From contig CM022676.1 in assembly GCA_012295275.1 (NCBI GenBank), positions 9,424,001 through 9,488,000 of the forward strand: DNA of 64,000 nt. The letters run 5' to 3'. The notes below the pieces were generated by a model. The model worked only from the letters and a program-made list of their open reading frames with translations. It did no database searches and was not told where the DNA came from. Both the position numbers and the translations under genes were made by a program. Source of the DNA: Chrysomallon squamiferum (Eukaryota; Animalia; Mollusca). This document shows, in pieces, positions 15,553-29,450 of the stretch. Position 1 is the stretch's first letter, and each line of letters begins with the position of its first letter.

Positions 15553-16477
15553 GCATCCTTTTGATGTATTGTCAGATGAACAAATATATGAATAGGTCAT
15601 TAATAATAATAATAATAATAATAAATTACCTATCCAGTGACTGTAATATAATTAAAAAAAAATTCCTTTAATAATCTACAAAAACTTTTACTTTTACCAG
15701 ATCAGCACAAACACAAATGGATATATATCAACTGAACCAATAGTAAAAAAAAACAAAAACAAAACATAAATGGATATATATATATCAACTGAACTCTGGT
15801 GGAAAAATAATTATATTAAAATGGGAATTGCCACATGATGATAGATGAGAAATGGAAACAGCAACAAACAAAGGACAGAGACAGTTTCTCTGTGTGTGTG
15901 AGTGTGAGAAAGAGACACCTGGGCTGGGAGACAAACACAAATCTCTTATTAACAATGAGATTATTTTAATACAAAGGAATAACCATTAAGAGCTGTGATA
16001 TATATATATATATATATATACATTCAGTATTACACGCCTTTTGGTCAGATATGTCCAGTATCATATACTCTGAATACAAACACATTAGCAAAAAAAATGG
16101 ACATAACAATTTATTGACCACTGCTAATGACCACATTAACGCAAGGACAATAACATTACCTGGAGTGGTCAGTAATTTGTCCGTAATGTCTTTGTCAGTG
16201 ATATCCAAGGACACTGGTCAGTAATGTCCAGAATCGTCAGTTGAAGTAAATACATCAGCAGTTTTTTGTTTTGTTAGTATCGTGGTTCTTTAGATGTTGT
16301 ATCCCATCAGTTAATTGCTGTATCCATTTGTAAAATGACATATAGTATCTGTATGTTGTCTTGTGTGTGTTAGTATCTTGAGCTTAAAATGCAGTACCAT
16401 CAGTTAACGGTTGTATCCATTAACAGTTTATTGTGTAATGTTGTATCATGATTTTTTATATGTGTAGTACCACTAGT

Positions 16478-16600
16478 CAATAGTTGTATTCATTACAGAG
16501 TTAATAGTTGTATCTGTTACAGAGTTAATAGTTGTATCTGTTACAGAGTTAATAGTTGTATCTGTTACAGAGTTAATAGTTGTATCCATTACAGAGTTAA
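16478..16600. repeat. 24-bp minisatellite, about 5 copies
   Basis: (ttaatagttgtatctgttacagag)n. Confidence 0.9.
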
Positions 16601-17289
16601 TTAAAGCATCGACAAAACGTTTCTTGGTTTAGTCTAAGTATCTGTTATAACTGGTTGTATTCGTATCAATGGATTCAAGTGGTCAGAAGCAGTGGTCAGT
16701 AGGGTATGGTCATTGTTGATGATGTCCACTGTTAATGGTTATTAACGTCCAGTTTCTGTCCATGTTCATTTGAAGTGTCCCAGTATTATATTGGTCCATC
16801 CAGTATTTTTTTTGGTTTTCAAGTCCAGTTTATTTCAGTGGCAGTCTTCACCTCTAATGTCCAGTATAAACTGAGGTGTGATTGTTTTTGTGTGATTGGG
16901 TGTTTTTTTTTAGTGTGGACTTTCTCTGGTTTGTTGTATCTGTATCTTTGTTTGGTATGCTGGTGTAAGGTACTGGTGTGTTGTATCCAGTACTGTTCAA
17001 TGTGCAACAGTATCAGGAAAAGAGACACAGAAAGATAATAGTGGTGAAAGAAAGAAAGAAATAAAAAGACAGAAATAAAGTTAAAAGAGAGATATATTAT
17101 CTAAATTTCTTACTAAAACTGGCATAATTATTTTTCTTTATTCCTTCATCTTTTTATATTTCTTTTTATTAACAAAACAACTTTTAAATAAATAAATAAA
17201 TTATTCTGGTATACAAAGTTTTCTAGTAACACAACTTTTACACTGATTTAAAAACTTAGTCTCTGGTTTTAAAAACTTTATGCTACACT

Positions 17290-17580
17290 GTAATACACTG
17301 TACAACAAAATTTAACTAACTAATATTTTTGTAACACAAAGTTCTTCAGTAATTACAACATTAACGATATTTAAAAACTAAATACTACACTGTACAACAA
17401 AGTTTAACTAAGTAATCTTTCTATAACACAGAGTTCTTCAATAATTACAACATTAAGGTTGGTTTAAAAAGTAAAAATACAACAGACTAAATACTAAATA
17501 CTTAAAACCAAATACAACACTGTACAACAAAGTTTCACTGACAAATTATTCTGTAACACAAAAACGTCTCCAGTAACACA
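17290..17580. repeat. Degenerate tandem repeat, 3 copies of about 90-130 bp
   Basis: acactgtacaacaaa...taacaca...gttcttca recurs at about 17295, 17387 and 17517. Confidence 0.7.
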
Positions 17581-17884
17581 TTGTTCTCACCAGGTACACA
17601 CATTTCATCTCCGTAACGCTTTTGTTCTTCGTGGTTACCTTCACCTGTCAGGTAACATTATTGCTCAATTTTACAGGTGACCTGTCCAGGTAATTGTCCA
17701 TCTGATGGTCATCGCGAGGTCTCTAATTTATAATTCTGAACAGGTACTATATTTGTCTCGGATCGTTTATTCCTTGCTGCAGGTGAAACAGGTAGAAACA
17801 GGTAGACAGGTAATAAAGTATTTAGGTAAAAAAAAATTTCACAGGTAAATTTTGATGTATTTGTTTTGTATAAAAACTAGTAGA

Positions 17885-18420
17885 CAAAGGAAACTGATTA
17901 TAGTGTCTAATAAATTTAAAATTTTGATCTGTTTGTTTTTATTTAAAGTGGTCTTGATAATAAAAAAAAATTATAATAAATATAAATTTTGGTATATTTG
18001 TTTTGGTATATTTGTTTTCAAAAAAAAAGTTTTAAAATTTAAATATATTGTTTTTATTTAAAGTATTCAAAAAAAAAAGTAATTATAAAATCTAATAAAT
18101 ATAAAATTTTGATATATTTGTTTTTATTTAAAGTATTCTTGATAAAAAAAAGTAATTATAAAATCTAATAAATATAAAATTTTGGTATATTTGTTTTTAT
18201 TTAAATTTCTTTTACTGACAAAAAGAAAGTAATTATAAAATCTAATAAATATAAAATTTTGATATATTTGTTTTTATTTAAAGTCTTGTTGAAAAAAATA
18301 GTAATTATAATAATAAGTATAAATGAATGGAAAATTTAAAGTATTCTTAAAAAAGAAAGTAATTATAAACATAAAACTTTGAATATTTGTTTTTATATAA
18401 ATATCTTAATAAAAAAAAAA
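17885..18420. repeat. AT-rich minisatellite, unit about 70 bp, about 7 degenerate copies
   Basis: aagtaattataaaatctaataaatataaaattttgatatatttgtttttatttaaagtatt. Confidence 0.85.
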
Positions 18421-19558
18421 TTTTTTTGTTTCACATTTAGAGGTTTTTATAAAGAGAAATTAATTATAACAGTCAATAAATCTAATATTAAAGGGCCAAT
18501 TTTGGTTTTAATTTTTTAATTTTAATTTCAACCATTGAAAATAAATTGCTGGAAAAATAATCTGGATGACACTAATAAAAACTCATGGAGTATTGAAATA
18601 CAAATACACAATAAGAAGAAGAACAAGAAGACAGATTACACACACACACATTAAGAATAATACACACAAACACACACACAAAACATAAACAAAAAACACT
18701 GTATGATACCATTAAAACAGATACACAAATATATAAATAATTTAAAACTTTTAACAAAACTGATGGGTTAAATTCACAATTCAGTTCTTTGGTGCTTTTC
18801 TTCGCTGTTTTTTCAATTTCATTTAAAACCCAGCTTTATCAAAATGATGAAAATAATAATAATAAAATAAAAGAAAAGATTAAATAAATTATAAAGTAAA
18901 AATGTAGTTATAATGCAAATAAATAGAAAACTACATGATTTTACAATAAACAAACAAATAAACAAAAATAACAAATAAAATAAATAAACAAACAAACAAA
19001 CAAATAAATAAATACTAAGATACATTCATATATATATATATTTGTGTATATGTCTAGATTGACAAACAATAAATCACACAGACAAATTAATAATATAAAA
19101 ACCACAAAAAACTAAAACAGCCCACCAAAAACCTAAACTAAATTTTTCCATTTTAGTGGGTGTGCATTAGGATTTAAAAAAAACCCCCAAAACCAACCTT
19201 ATCATCATCTAAATAAAATAAAAAAAATATATATATATTTATAAATATATAAAAATATATATATATATATATATACAGGCCACCATGTCTGTTGTGGAAT
19301 TCCTAAAACTGTGTTGTTACGGATTTCAATCTGCCAGTCTTTACTAACAAACCACAGAGTTGTCTAAACAGTAACTGGAGATGACAGGTGCATGGGTTTG
19401 CTTGTGTGTGTGTGTGTGTGTGTGTGTTTGGTAGATACTGGTCTGTATCATAACCAGCCTGTATCATACTGGTTGTATCTCACAGGCGTATTTTATCTGT
19501 AAGGCCCCCATTATGAAAACAAATTTGAAAAAGAATAGGGAAAATATAAACAGGAGCG

Positions 19559-19600
<42 letters not shown>

Positions 19601-19869
19601 TGATGATGGAGGGTGAAAGGCAAGATGGGGGAGGGTGGGGTGGTGCAGTGCAGTTGAAAGATGGATTTGTGTTGTGATAAGAGTTTCGTATTGTGACAAA
19701 ATTTGTCTGCAAGGAAAAGAAGTTTCACAAGAAATAACTGCACAGCTGCACATGAAGGCGAAACTGAAATAAAAACAGGTCTGGCTGTTTGTGTGTCTGT
19801 GTCTGTGTGTCTGTGTGTTTGTCTTTGTCCATCTGTCTGTGTGTCTGTTTGTCTGTAACATTTTAATAT

Positions 19870-20115
19870 GTATGTTTTCAAGTATAGAGCTCTACAGAAA
19901 TAAATCAGATCACTTAGATGTCCCTAGCCTCTGTCTGTCTGTCTGTCTGTCTGTGTCTGTCAGTGTGTGAATGTTTTCAAGTACAGAACATTACAGAAGT
20001 AAGTCAGAACACCTAGAAGACTTAGCTCTGTCTGTCTGTCTGTCTGTCTGTCTGTGTGAATGTTTTCAAGTACAGAACACTGCAGAAGTAAGTCAGAACA
20101 CCTACAAGACTTAGC

Positions 20116-20148
<33 letters not shown>

Positions 20149-20693
20149 GTGTGAATGTTTTCAAGTACAGAACAATACAGAAGTAAGTCAGAACACCTAC
20201 AAGACTTAGCTCTGTCTGTCTGGCTGTCTGGCTGTCTGTCTGTCTGTCTGTGTGTGAATGTTTTCAAGTACAGAACACTGCAGAAGTAAGTCAGAACACC
20301 TACAAGACTTAGCTCTGTCTGTCTGTCTGTCTGTCTGTCTGTGTGTTTGTCTGTCTGTGTGTGAATGTTTTCAAGCACAGAACACTACAGAAGTAAGTCA
20401 GATCACCTACAAGACTTAGCTCTGTCTGTCTGTCTGTCTGTGTGTCTGCCTGTCTGTCTGTGTGTGAATGTTTTCAAGTACAGAACACTACAGAAGTAAG
20501 TCAGAACACCTACAAGACTTAGCTCTGTCTGTCTGTCTGTCTGTCTGTCTGTGTGTGAATGTTTTCAAGTACAGAACACTACAGCAGTAAGTCAGAACAC
20601 CTACAAGACTTAGCTCTGTCTGTCTGTCTGTCAGTGTGTGAATGTTTTCAAGTACAGAACACTACAGAAGTAAGTCAGATCACCTACAAGACT
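19870..20693. repeat. Compound minisatellite, about 9 units: constant core of about 60 bp plus variable (TGTC)n/(TG)n spacer
   Basis: Core gtgaatgttttcaagtacagaacactacagaagtaagtcagaacacctacaagacttagctc. Confidence 0.95.
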
Positions 20694-20811
20694 CCAGGCA
20701 GTTATAAAGTATCACCTCTTTCAAGTTAAGTGTTGCCACGGTGATGAGAAATGGCTTCCACTTTTCTTTGAGCTGTAAACATTCGGCTTGATGTATGACT
20801 TACATTCCGAC

Positions 20812-21086
20812 ATTCATTAGTTCACTTATTAATGTATTTCCGCTCGCGTGATAACTTTGATATGTCAATAGAGTTCTAGGATATACTAAATTTAAAGAAT
20901 ATGCTGTGAAGGTTTATATATATATATATACTTTTTTAACTCTTTTTTTCTGTGTTTGTGTGGGTGTTTATAGTCATTAGTTCACTTATTAATGTATTTC
21001 CGCTCATGTGATAAGTTTGTTGTGTCATTAATGTTCTAGGATAAACCAAACTTAAAGTATATGCTGAGGAGAAGATTTATATATAT

Positions 21087-21128
<42 letters not shown>

Positions 21129-21129
21129 T

Positions 21130-21182
<53 letters not shown>

Positions 21183-21489
21183 CTCTGAGTGTCTGTGTTT
21201 ATGGTATGTGTTTATATTCATTAGTTCACATATTAATGTTTTTCTGCTCATGTGATAACACTGATATGTTCATAGAGTTCTGGAATATACTAAGGTTAAA
21301 CTATGTTCTGTGAAGAACATCCTTAAATTGTTGTTCATTTTCATTTTCTGTGTGTGTGTGTTGTGTGTTTACATTCATCAACTCAATTATAAGTATATTT
21401 CTGTTAATAAATAACTCTGATATGTTTATATTGTTCTGGAATACACTGAAGTAAATATATATGCTGTGAAGAAGAAGTATATTATTGTG

Positions 21490-21527
<38 letters not shown>

Positions 21528-22012
21528 TGTGTGTGTGTGTGTGTGTGTGTTTTTGTGTGTGTGTCTGTGTGTTTACCTTCATTAGTTCACCGATGTATTT
21601 AATCAGTGTGATATCTCAAATATGTCAACAGTGATCTCAATATACTGAAGTTAAATATTATGGTACGAAGAAGCATTATGTGTGTTTGTATGTATTTGTA
21701 TGTTTGTGGGTATATATGTCTCTGTGTGTGTATGTGTTTATATTTATATGGTTGCTTTTGTGTTTGTGGGAATTTGTGTTTGTGTTTCTGTGTGTTTATG
21801 TATGTGTCTTTGTGTCTGTGTGTAAATGGGTTCCATTATGTGGGTCTGTCTGTATGTATGTTTGTATGCATGTGTTTGTATCTGTGCCATGCATAAGTCT
21901 GTGTTTGTGTGTGTGTGTGTGTGCGCATGTGTCAGTGTGTGTGTGTGTGTGTATGTGTGTGTGTGCATGCATGTCTGTGTGTGTGTGTATGTGTGTGTGT
22001 GCGTGCATGCGT

Positions 22013-22060
<48 letters not shown>

Positions 22061-22130
22061 ATGCATTCTTTAGTTCAAATATTAATGTATTTCCACTGGT
22101 GTGATAACTTTTATATATACCAATATCAAT
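20812..22130. repeat. About 6 degenerate copies of a unit of about 95 bp, separated by microsatellites
   Basis: cattagttcac..attaatgtatttccgctc.tgtgataac...tatgt...agagttct.g.atatact.aa.ttaaa..atatgctgtgaag at about 20815, 20975, 21219, 21375, 21581 and 22070. Confidence 0.8.
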
Positions 22131-22545
22131 ACAAACACAGTCTATTATATGCTAATGTTTTAGTCTGAAGAAAATATACTGTACAGCAGTTCCTTTGTAG
22201 CAAAAATGAAAAAAAAAAAAAGAAGGAAAGTAAGAACAAAAACAATTACCACTTTAAAATAATCTTAACATTCATCATCATTAACTACTCATCACCATAG
22301 CAACAGTGATTAAATTCATGTTTTGTTTCCTTACTTGTGTTTTAAGATTGATCAGACTCATAGTGCAGGATAATTGTTTAGTAAAAGAAAAATGGTAAGT
22401 GTATGTGTGTGTGTCTGTGTGTGTGTGTGTGTTTGTGTGTGTATCTATATATGTGTGTGTGCATGTGTGTGTGTGCATGTGTGTATGTGAATGTGTGCAT
22501 GTGTGTGTATATGCATGTGTGTGGCTGTGTGTGTGTGACTGTGTT

Positions 22546-22585
<40 letters not shown>

Positions 22586-22978
22586 TGTATGTGTGTGTGT
22601 CTCTGTGTGTATGTATGTGTTTGTATGTATGTGTGTGTATTTGTACATGTGTGTGTACAGTTGTTCGTGTGCATTTGCCTATGGGTTTCCATGTGTTTGT
22701 TTTGTGTATGTGTGTGTGAGTTTTGCATGTATTTGTGTATATGTATTTCTGCATGTGTATGTGTGTTTTTGTGCATGTTTGACCATGTGTGTTTGTTTGT
22801 GTATATGTAAAAAAGAAATAAAATTTATATTTCAGTGTTTTACAACTGTTTTTGATTTTTTAAATATCTGTATTATAATATGGTTTTCCCTCATTACATC
22901 ATTATTTTTTTTTTTCAATTCAGATAATTAATTTTTATTTTTTTTTTATTAATTCACCCACTCAAATTTAAAATTCTA

Positions 22979-23027
<49 letters not shown>

Positions 23028-23419
23028 AAAAAAAATCTGACCCTTGACATATTATCACCTTTTTTTTTTCTTCTTTTTTTTTTTCTTCTATTTTTTTTTT
23101 TTCTTAAACTAACAAACTAAAAATAATAAACTTTAATAGCCAGGAAAAAGGCCAAAAATTCCCATCCCCACATATTTTTAAACACAGCCTCAATATAAAT
23201 TGGCCACAGCCTGGTGTCATATGCCAGTGTAAATAAGCTGTTAGAAATAATTGGTTTAAATTGACTCCTGGAACTGGAGAGTTCTGTTGGAACTCTTCGC
23301 TGGAAGGAGAAAGGTTTTCTGTGTTTGCAGTGGAGGACTAATTGGAGCTGTTTTAATGGCTGACCTGCAGGTCGTACATCAGAAAGATAAGAGAGACTTT
23401 GACAGGTGTTGAAGAATGT

Positions 23420-23531
23420 TTGTAATTTAGTTAGTTAAAATTGAGTTTTAATGGTGTGAAATACGAACTGTATGTCACAGCAACACACATATACATTTAT
23501 AAATATACATACATACATATATTATATACAA

Positions 23532-23563
<32 letters not shown>

Positions 23564-23591
23564 AAGATATATATACACACATATATACTCA

Positions 23592-23622
<31 letters not shown>

Positions 23623-23629
23623 CCGATAT

Positions 23630-23668
<39 letters not shown>

Positions 23669-23764
23669 ATGTTTGCAATTTAATTAGTTAAAATAGTTTT
23701 TAATGATGTGAAATAGGATCTGTATGTATCAACAATACATACATACATACATACATACACACAC

Positions 23765-23797
<33 letters not shown>

Positions 23798-24105
23798 TAT
23801 ATACAATGTTCACAATTTAATTAGTTAAAATAGTTTTTAATGAAGTGAAATAGGATCTGTATGTATCAACAATACATACATACATACATACATACACACA
23901 CACATACATACATACACACATACGCACATACATACACACACACATACATACATACACACACACATACACACATACATACATACACACATACATACATACA
24001 TACATACACACACACATACATACATACATAAACATATACATACATTTAGTTAAATATATTTTTAATGGTGTGAAATACAAACTATATGTCACAGCAACAT
24101 GTACA
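23420..24105. repeat. 4 copies of a unit of about 60 bp, separated by (CA/TACA)n
   Basis: ttagttaaaatagttttaatgatgtgaaataggatctgtatgtatcaacaatacat. Confidence 0.85.
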
Positions 24106-24535
24106 CATATTCATAAACACACACACACACACACAAAGACACACACACATACACACACACATATACACACAGACACACACACACCAAACGTATATTAATA
24201 TATACATATACCACTCATATGTACATACACACAAATTTTCATACATAAACATTATGTACATACATACATCAATATACACATACAAGTATAGGCCTTCCAA
24301 CATACATGTTTATGTAAGACATGAATAAGTAGGGGTGTGTCATAATAAGATAAACAAGTAGAAACATCTTTTCAGCTCATTTAAATGTCTATTTTTAACC
24401 TGGCTCTTTTGCAATGATTTCTTAAATCTTTTTCTTTATTTATTAAAAATTTCATCTTTTGCCTCCACATGACAGTCAGTAGACATCTGCAACAACAACA
24501 ACAACAACTGTAACAACTGTAATAATAATCATAAT

Positions 24536-24578
<43 letters not shown>

Positions 24579-25091
24579 GTAGTAGTACTGATGGTGATAA
24601 TAAAAACAATGATAATGATAATAATGATAAAATGTGTTAAAAATAATGATAATTATAATGATGATAATGATGATGACAATAATAAAAGAATAACAACAAC
24701 AATGCGATGTCAGTCATGGCAATGATGATGATAAATAAACAGACACACACAGACACACACACAAACACACACATGGACACACACACAAACACACACATGG
24801 ACACACACTCAGACAATACAAATAAAATTTAAAAAAATAAAATAAAAAATAAATATGCCAAAAATAACAATTATTTCTGTGACTCAAAATAAACAACAAC
24901 ACAATTTTTTTTTTAAAACTACCACAAACAGCAGAGAAAAAATAATTATTCAGATTCTGTTTTCAAAATAAACAGAAAGAAGAAAATTCCACAGAAAAAC
25001 GTTCTGCACTCTTTAACCTTTCCAACTCTCTTCTCTTGTGATTAGTGCTTGTCAAGCTGAAGTCTGAGACAAGCAGACATCTGCTTTTACG

Positions 25092-25184
<93 letters not shown>

Positions 25185-26749
25185 ACGGTTTTTTTTTACC
25201 TTTACATGTTAAAGAGAATTATAGCTACACCTCCTGATGTATCACAGATTAAATTCTCAATAATTCAATGAGTTTAGAGATAATGAGATCAGTTCTTCTT
25301 GTACTGCACTATTCATGTAATTTCCCATTCCAAATACTGCTCTCATTATCATGCATTATAGGTCCAGGATGGTTTTATTCATAATGATTTATAGATTTTT
25401 AAAATTCGAAATGATTTTAAGAAAAGACTGCTAGTAGTTAGCTTCATGAGTTATAGATAACTAGGTCAGTTCTCCTTACAGTACTAATTATGTTATTTTC
25501 CATTCCAAATAGTGCTCTTTATTATGTGTTGTAGATTCAAGGTGGCTTTGAGAAAAGTCTAACAAAATTATTCTCTTTATGTCATATATTATTTTCAATT
25601 CCAAACAAGGCTCTGTGGTGGATTTCCCCCCCAAAAAAAAAAAAAATTAAATGAAATTTACTGTTTATGAGAAGGTATATATATAAAGATCACTTCTTGC
25701 TAACTGGTAAGAGCAACCAATTTGAAGAGATGGTAGCAAACTGCCTCAAATATTAGGTGTTTTGAGGACAAGAATAACATTATATTTGCTGGACAAACAA
25801 AATATATCATCAACAGGCAAAAAATATAAATTTCAAAATTTGTATTCTTTAAGTCAGTTTGTATATCTGTCTGTCTATGCACAGACACACCACACACCCA
25901 TCCCCCCAAACCCACACACACACCCTCACCCCCACACACACCTAAGTGCCTATATCCATTTCTCTTGTTGAAACAAAAATCACCCTTGTATTAACAAAGG
26001 TGTGGCTCTTGCTGTGACAAATTTCTGACAGCTTCGCCCTGGGGGTAGAATATCATGTTTTAATTAACACCCAAGAAGTGTGATATCTGATATCAGTGTC
26101 AGGTCAGTGGACAAAATCACTCTGGGCAGCGGCACTGGACAATAGGTAACGAGAAGGACAGGTGAGATAGAGGTGTAACAGGTGTGTTGTTACCTAGGTG
26201 ACCAGGCCAATATGTCGTCTGCCTCTGTCTGTGATTCTGGTGAGTGTCAGATCATTTTTTATTTTTATTTTATTTTATTTATTTATTTATTTTTGTATTT
26301 ATTTTTATTTATTTATTTTTATTTTTTTATTTTTTGTATTTATTTTTTTTTTTTTATTTATTTTTGTATTTTTATTATTTATTTATTTTTGTATTTATTT
26401 TTATTTATTTATTTTTATTTATTTATTTTTTTATGTATTTATTTATTTATATTTTTATTATTTATTTATTTTTTTTTTTTTGTATTTATTTATTTATTCA
26501 TTTATTTTTTTATTTTATTTTTATTTTTTTTTTTTTTCTATCTAACATGTTGAGTTTTAGAAATTATTGTTGCTGTTGTTGTCATTTATTGTTATTGTAA
26601 TCATCAGTAGCAACAGCAGTAGTTGTACTGTTGTTGTTGTTGTTGTTGTTGTCACTACCAAAACTACTACTTCTACTATTATTACTAATGTTACTGTTAT
26701 ACTACTGCTAGTACTGTTACTATTATTATTACTATTATTTTGCTATTAG

Positions 26750-26908
26750 GAGTAATAGTAGTTGTAATAATAGTAGTAGTAGTAGTAATAGTAGTAGTAG
26801 TAGTGGTAATAGTAGTAATAGTTGTAATAATAGTAGTAGTACTAGTAGTAGTAGTAATAATAGTAGTAGTAGTAGAAATAGTAGCAGTAGTAGTAGCAGT
26901 AGTAGTAA

Positions 26909-26945
<37 letters not shown>

Positions 26946-27000
26946 TTGTAGTAGTAGTAGTAATAATAGTAGTAGTAGTAGAAATATTAATAATAGTGAT
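26750..27000. repeat. (AGT)n trinucleotide microsatellite
   Basis: Direct reading. Confidence 0.95.
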
Positions 27001-27851
27001 AGGAATAACTTAGTAAAAATATTAGTAAAAGTTACACAGTAGTAATAGTAGAAATGATAGTAAAAAAAATAATAGAAACATTAGTTGTAGTAGTTGTAAT
27101 TGTAACTGCAGTAGTAGTAGTAGTAAATTATAGCAGAAACAGAAGACTTTTTTTTTGTTATTCATTTTGTTTATCATTTTTTTTTTTTTAAATGCTTCTT
27201 TCATGGAAACTGCAGCAAATATACTCATTACTGATAAATTCTTGCTGAAAAGTTAAAAATTTAAAATTAATTGTTTTTTTAAATCAATGTCTTCATTCAG
27301 CCCCTAAAATATCAGGTTACACGCATCTGAACTTTTACCTTTGGACAATAAAATTCAGAAACGTTCAGAAACACCAAAAGCATGATATGAGACCCATTCA
27401 AAACACATTAACATCTTTTGTACCCAAATCATCTTGTATTCGTGAATAAACTGAAAGGGTGCCATGGCACCCCACCTAGATATTCCCCTGGGGTTTTGTC
27501 TGAGCGTGTATATATATATATACACAGGGGCTTGATACCCTTTCAAAAATATTAGTCCCTTCTGTACCACTGGTTCATGAATAAACTGAAAGGCAGCTCA
27601 TAAGACCACACCCTACTAAAATACCCTCCCTAGGGGACTGTTCCAGCATACAGGTATCAGTGTCAGAATTTTTTTTATTTTTTTTTTCAAATGTCACCCC
27701 CACCAGCAAACCACCTGTTTCTTCTCTTAACCATCTGCTGGGGGGACTTACAAAATAAGGGTATCATGCCGCAAAGAACCCCCCCTCCCAAAACTACCAT
27801 ACAGCATTACACACAAACAAAGTGCAGATACCGCAATGAACCTTCAATTAC

Positions 27852-28300
27852 CGTACCAAAAGAAACCCTTTAGGGGAAAAGCCGGTGACAATTGCAGAGA
27901 GATTGGACAACTGGGTGTTTCGACGAGGTCATGTTCGGTCACCCGTGGAAGCAGATAAACGCCCTGATCCACCTCTTGAATCACTGCTAAGTAGCTGTCT
28001 AGCAGCGTGGTGATCGGCCACCACATCCATTGTCGCACCGCAGCACGCGCAGCCGATGTTTTTACGATAATGACAGTCTCATTACCAACATCGTCGTTTT
28101 TTTTTTTTTACGATGATAAAGTCACGCTGTGTTTTTTTTAGTCGATTCGTTCGGAATCGGTGAAGCGTGAAGAGCCGGTGGGGGGGCAAAAGAGGAAGGT
28201 AACAACAGAAGAATATTCCGGGATAAATGGAACACTTTAGTCATGCTGTTCCTTCGAGAGAACGTGAAAACCGTGTCCTTTGTGAACGAAACGGTTGATG
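27852..28300 (-). other. CpG-rich island, candidate alternative first exon
   Basis: Abrupt CpG-rich, non-repetitive block. Open frame from ATG 28026 (58 codons) to donor G|GTAATT at 27852|27851. No recognised homology. Confidence 0.3.
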
Positions 28301-28689
28301 TTTTGTATATAACTCTGTATGATGACGTTTGTTTGTGTGTGATATACGATCTTGTATTGAATGGCGTGAATAAAAAAAAAATTTAAAAAATAAAATAAAA
28401 ATTTATCTTTGTTAAATTCACTGCCAAATGTGCTTGTTTGTTTGTTTGATGTTTGGTTTATTGTTTTCTTTGCCTGTTAATTCCAATCCATAAATTTGTC
28501 ACATTTTTAGATGAATCTTTTTTTTTTTTTGTTGTGTTTGTGCATGCATGTGATGTGTTTATGTTTCTGTGTCTGTATGGGTGTACAATGTTGTTATGTG
28601 TGTTTGTCTGAATGTTGGTGTATTTATGATTCTGTAAAGGTATGTGGATATATATATATATACATGTGTTTCTGTGTATTTGCAGATAT

Positions 28690-29360
28690 GTATGTATGTG
28701 TACTTGTTTTTGTGCATGTGCATGTGTATATATATATATATGTTTGTGTGTATGTGTGAATGTATGTGTGTATGTATGTGTGTGTGTGTATGTGTGTGTG
28801 TGTGTGTGTGTGTGTAGGTATGTATGTATGATTGTAAGTATATATGTATACATGTCTGTATGTATGTATATATATGTGTGTATCTATGTATGTATGTATG
28901 TGTGTATGTATATATGTATGATTGTATGTATGTATGTATGTATGATTGTATGTGTGTGTGTGTATGTATGTATCTGTATATATGTATGTATGTATGTATG
29001 TATATGTATGTATGTATATGTATGTATGTGTATACATGTGTATGTATATGTATATATGTATATATATATGTATTTATGTATATATATGTATGTGTGTATG
29101 TATGTATATATATGTATGTATATATGTATACATGTCTGTCTGTATGTATATATGTATGTTTGTATATATATGTGTGTATGTATGTATGTGTGTATATATG
29201 TATGTATGTATGTGTGTATGTATATATGTATGATTGTATGTATGATTGTATGTATGTATGTATGTGTGTGTGTATGTATGTATGTGTATATATGTATGTA
29301 TGTATGTATGTATCTATGTATGTATGTATATATGTATATATATATATGTATGTATGTATG

Positions 29361-29391
<31 letters not shown>

Positions 29392-29450
29392 ATATATATG
29401 TAGGTATGTATATATATATGTATGTATATATATATATGTATGTATGTATT
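28690..29450. repeat. (TATG)/(TA)/(TG) compound microsatellite
   Basis: Direct reading. Confidence 0.95.

Noticed and set aside
19870-20693. CRISPR-like repeat-spacer appearance
   Set aside because: Spacers are (TGTC)n variants rather than unique sequences, there are no cas genes, and the context is eukaryotic.
22980-23036. Long poly(A) run as a retroposon tail
   Set aside because: No recognisable element body or TSD; long A/T runs are common across the window.
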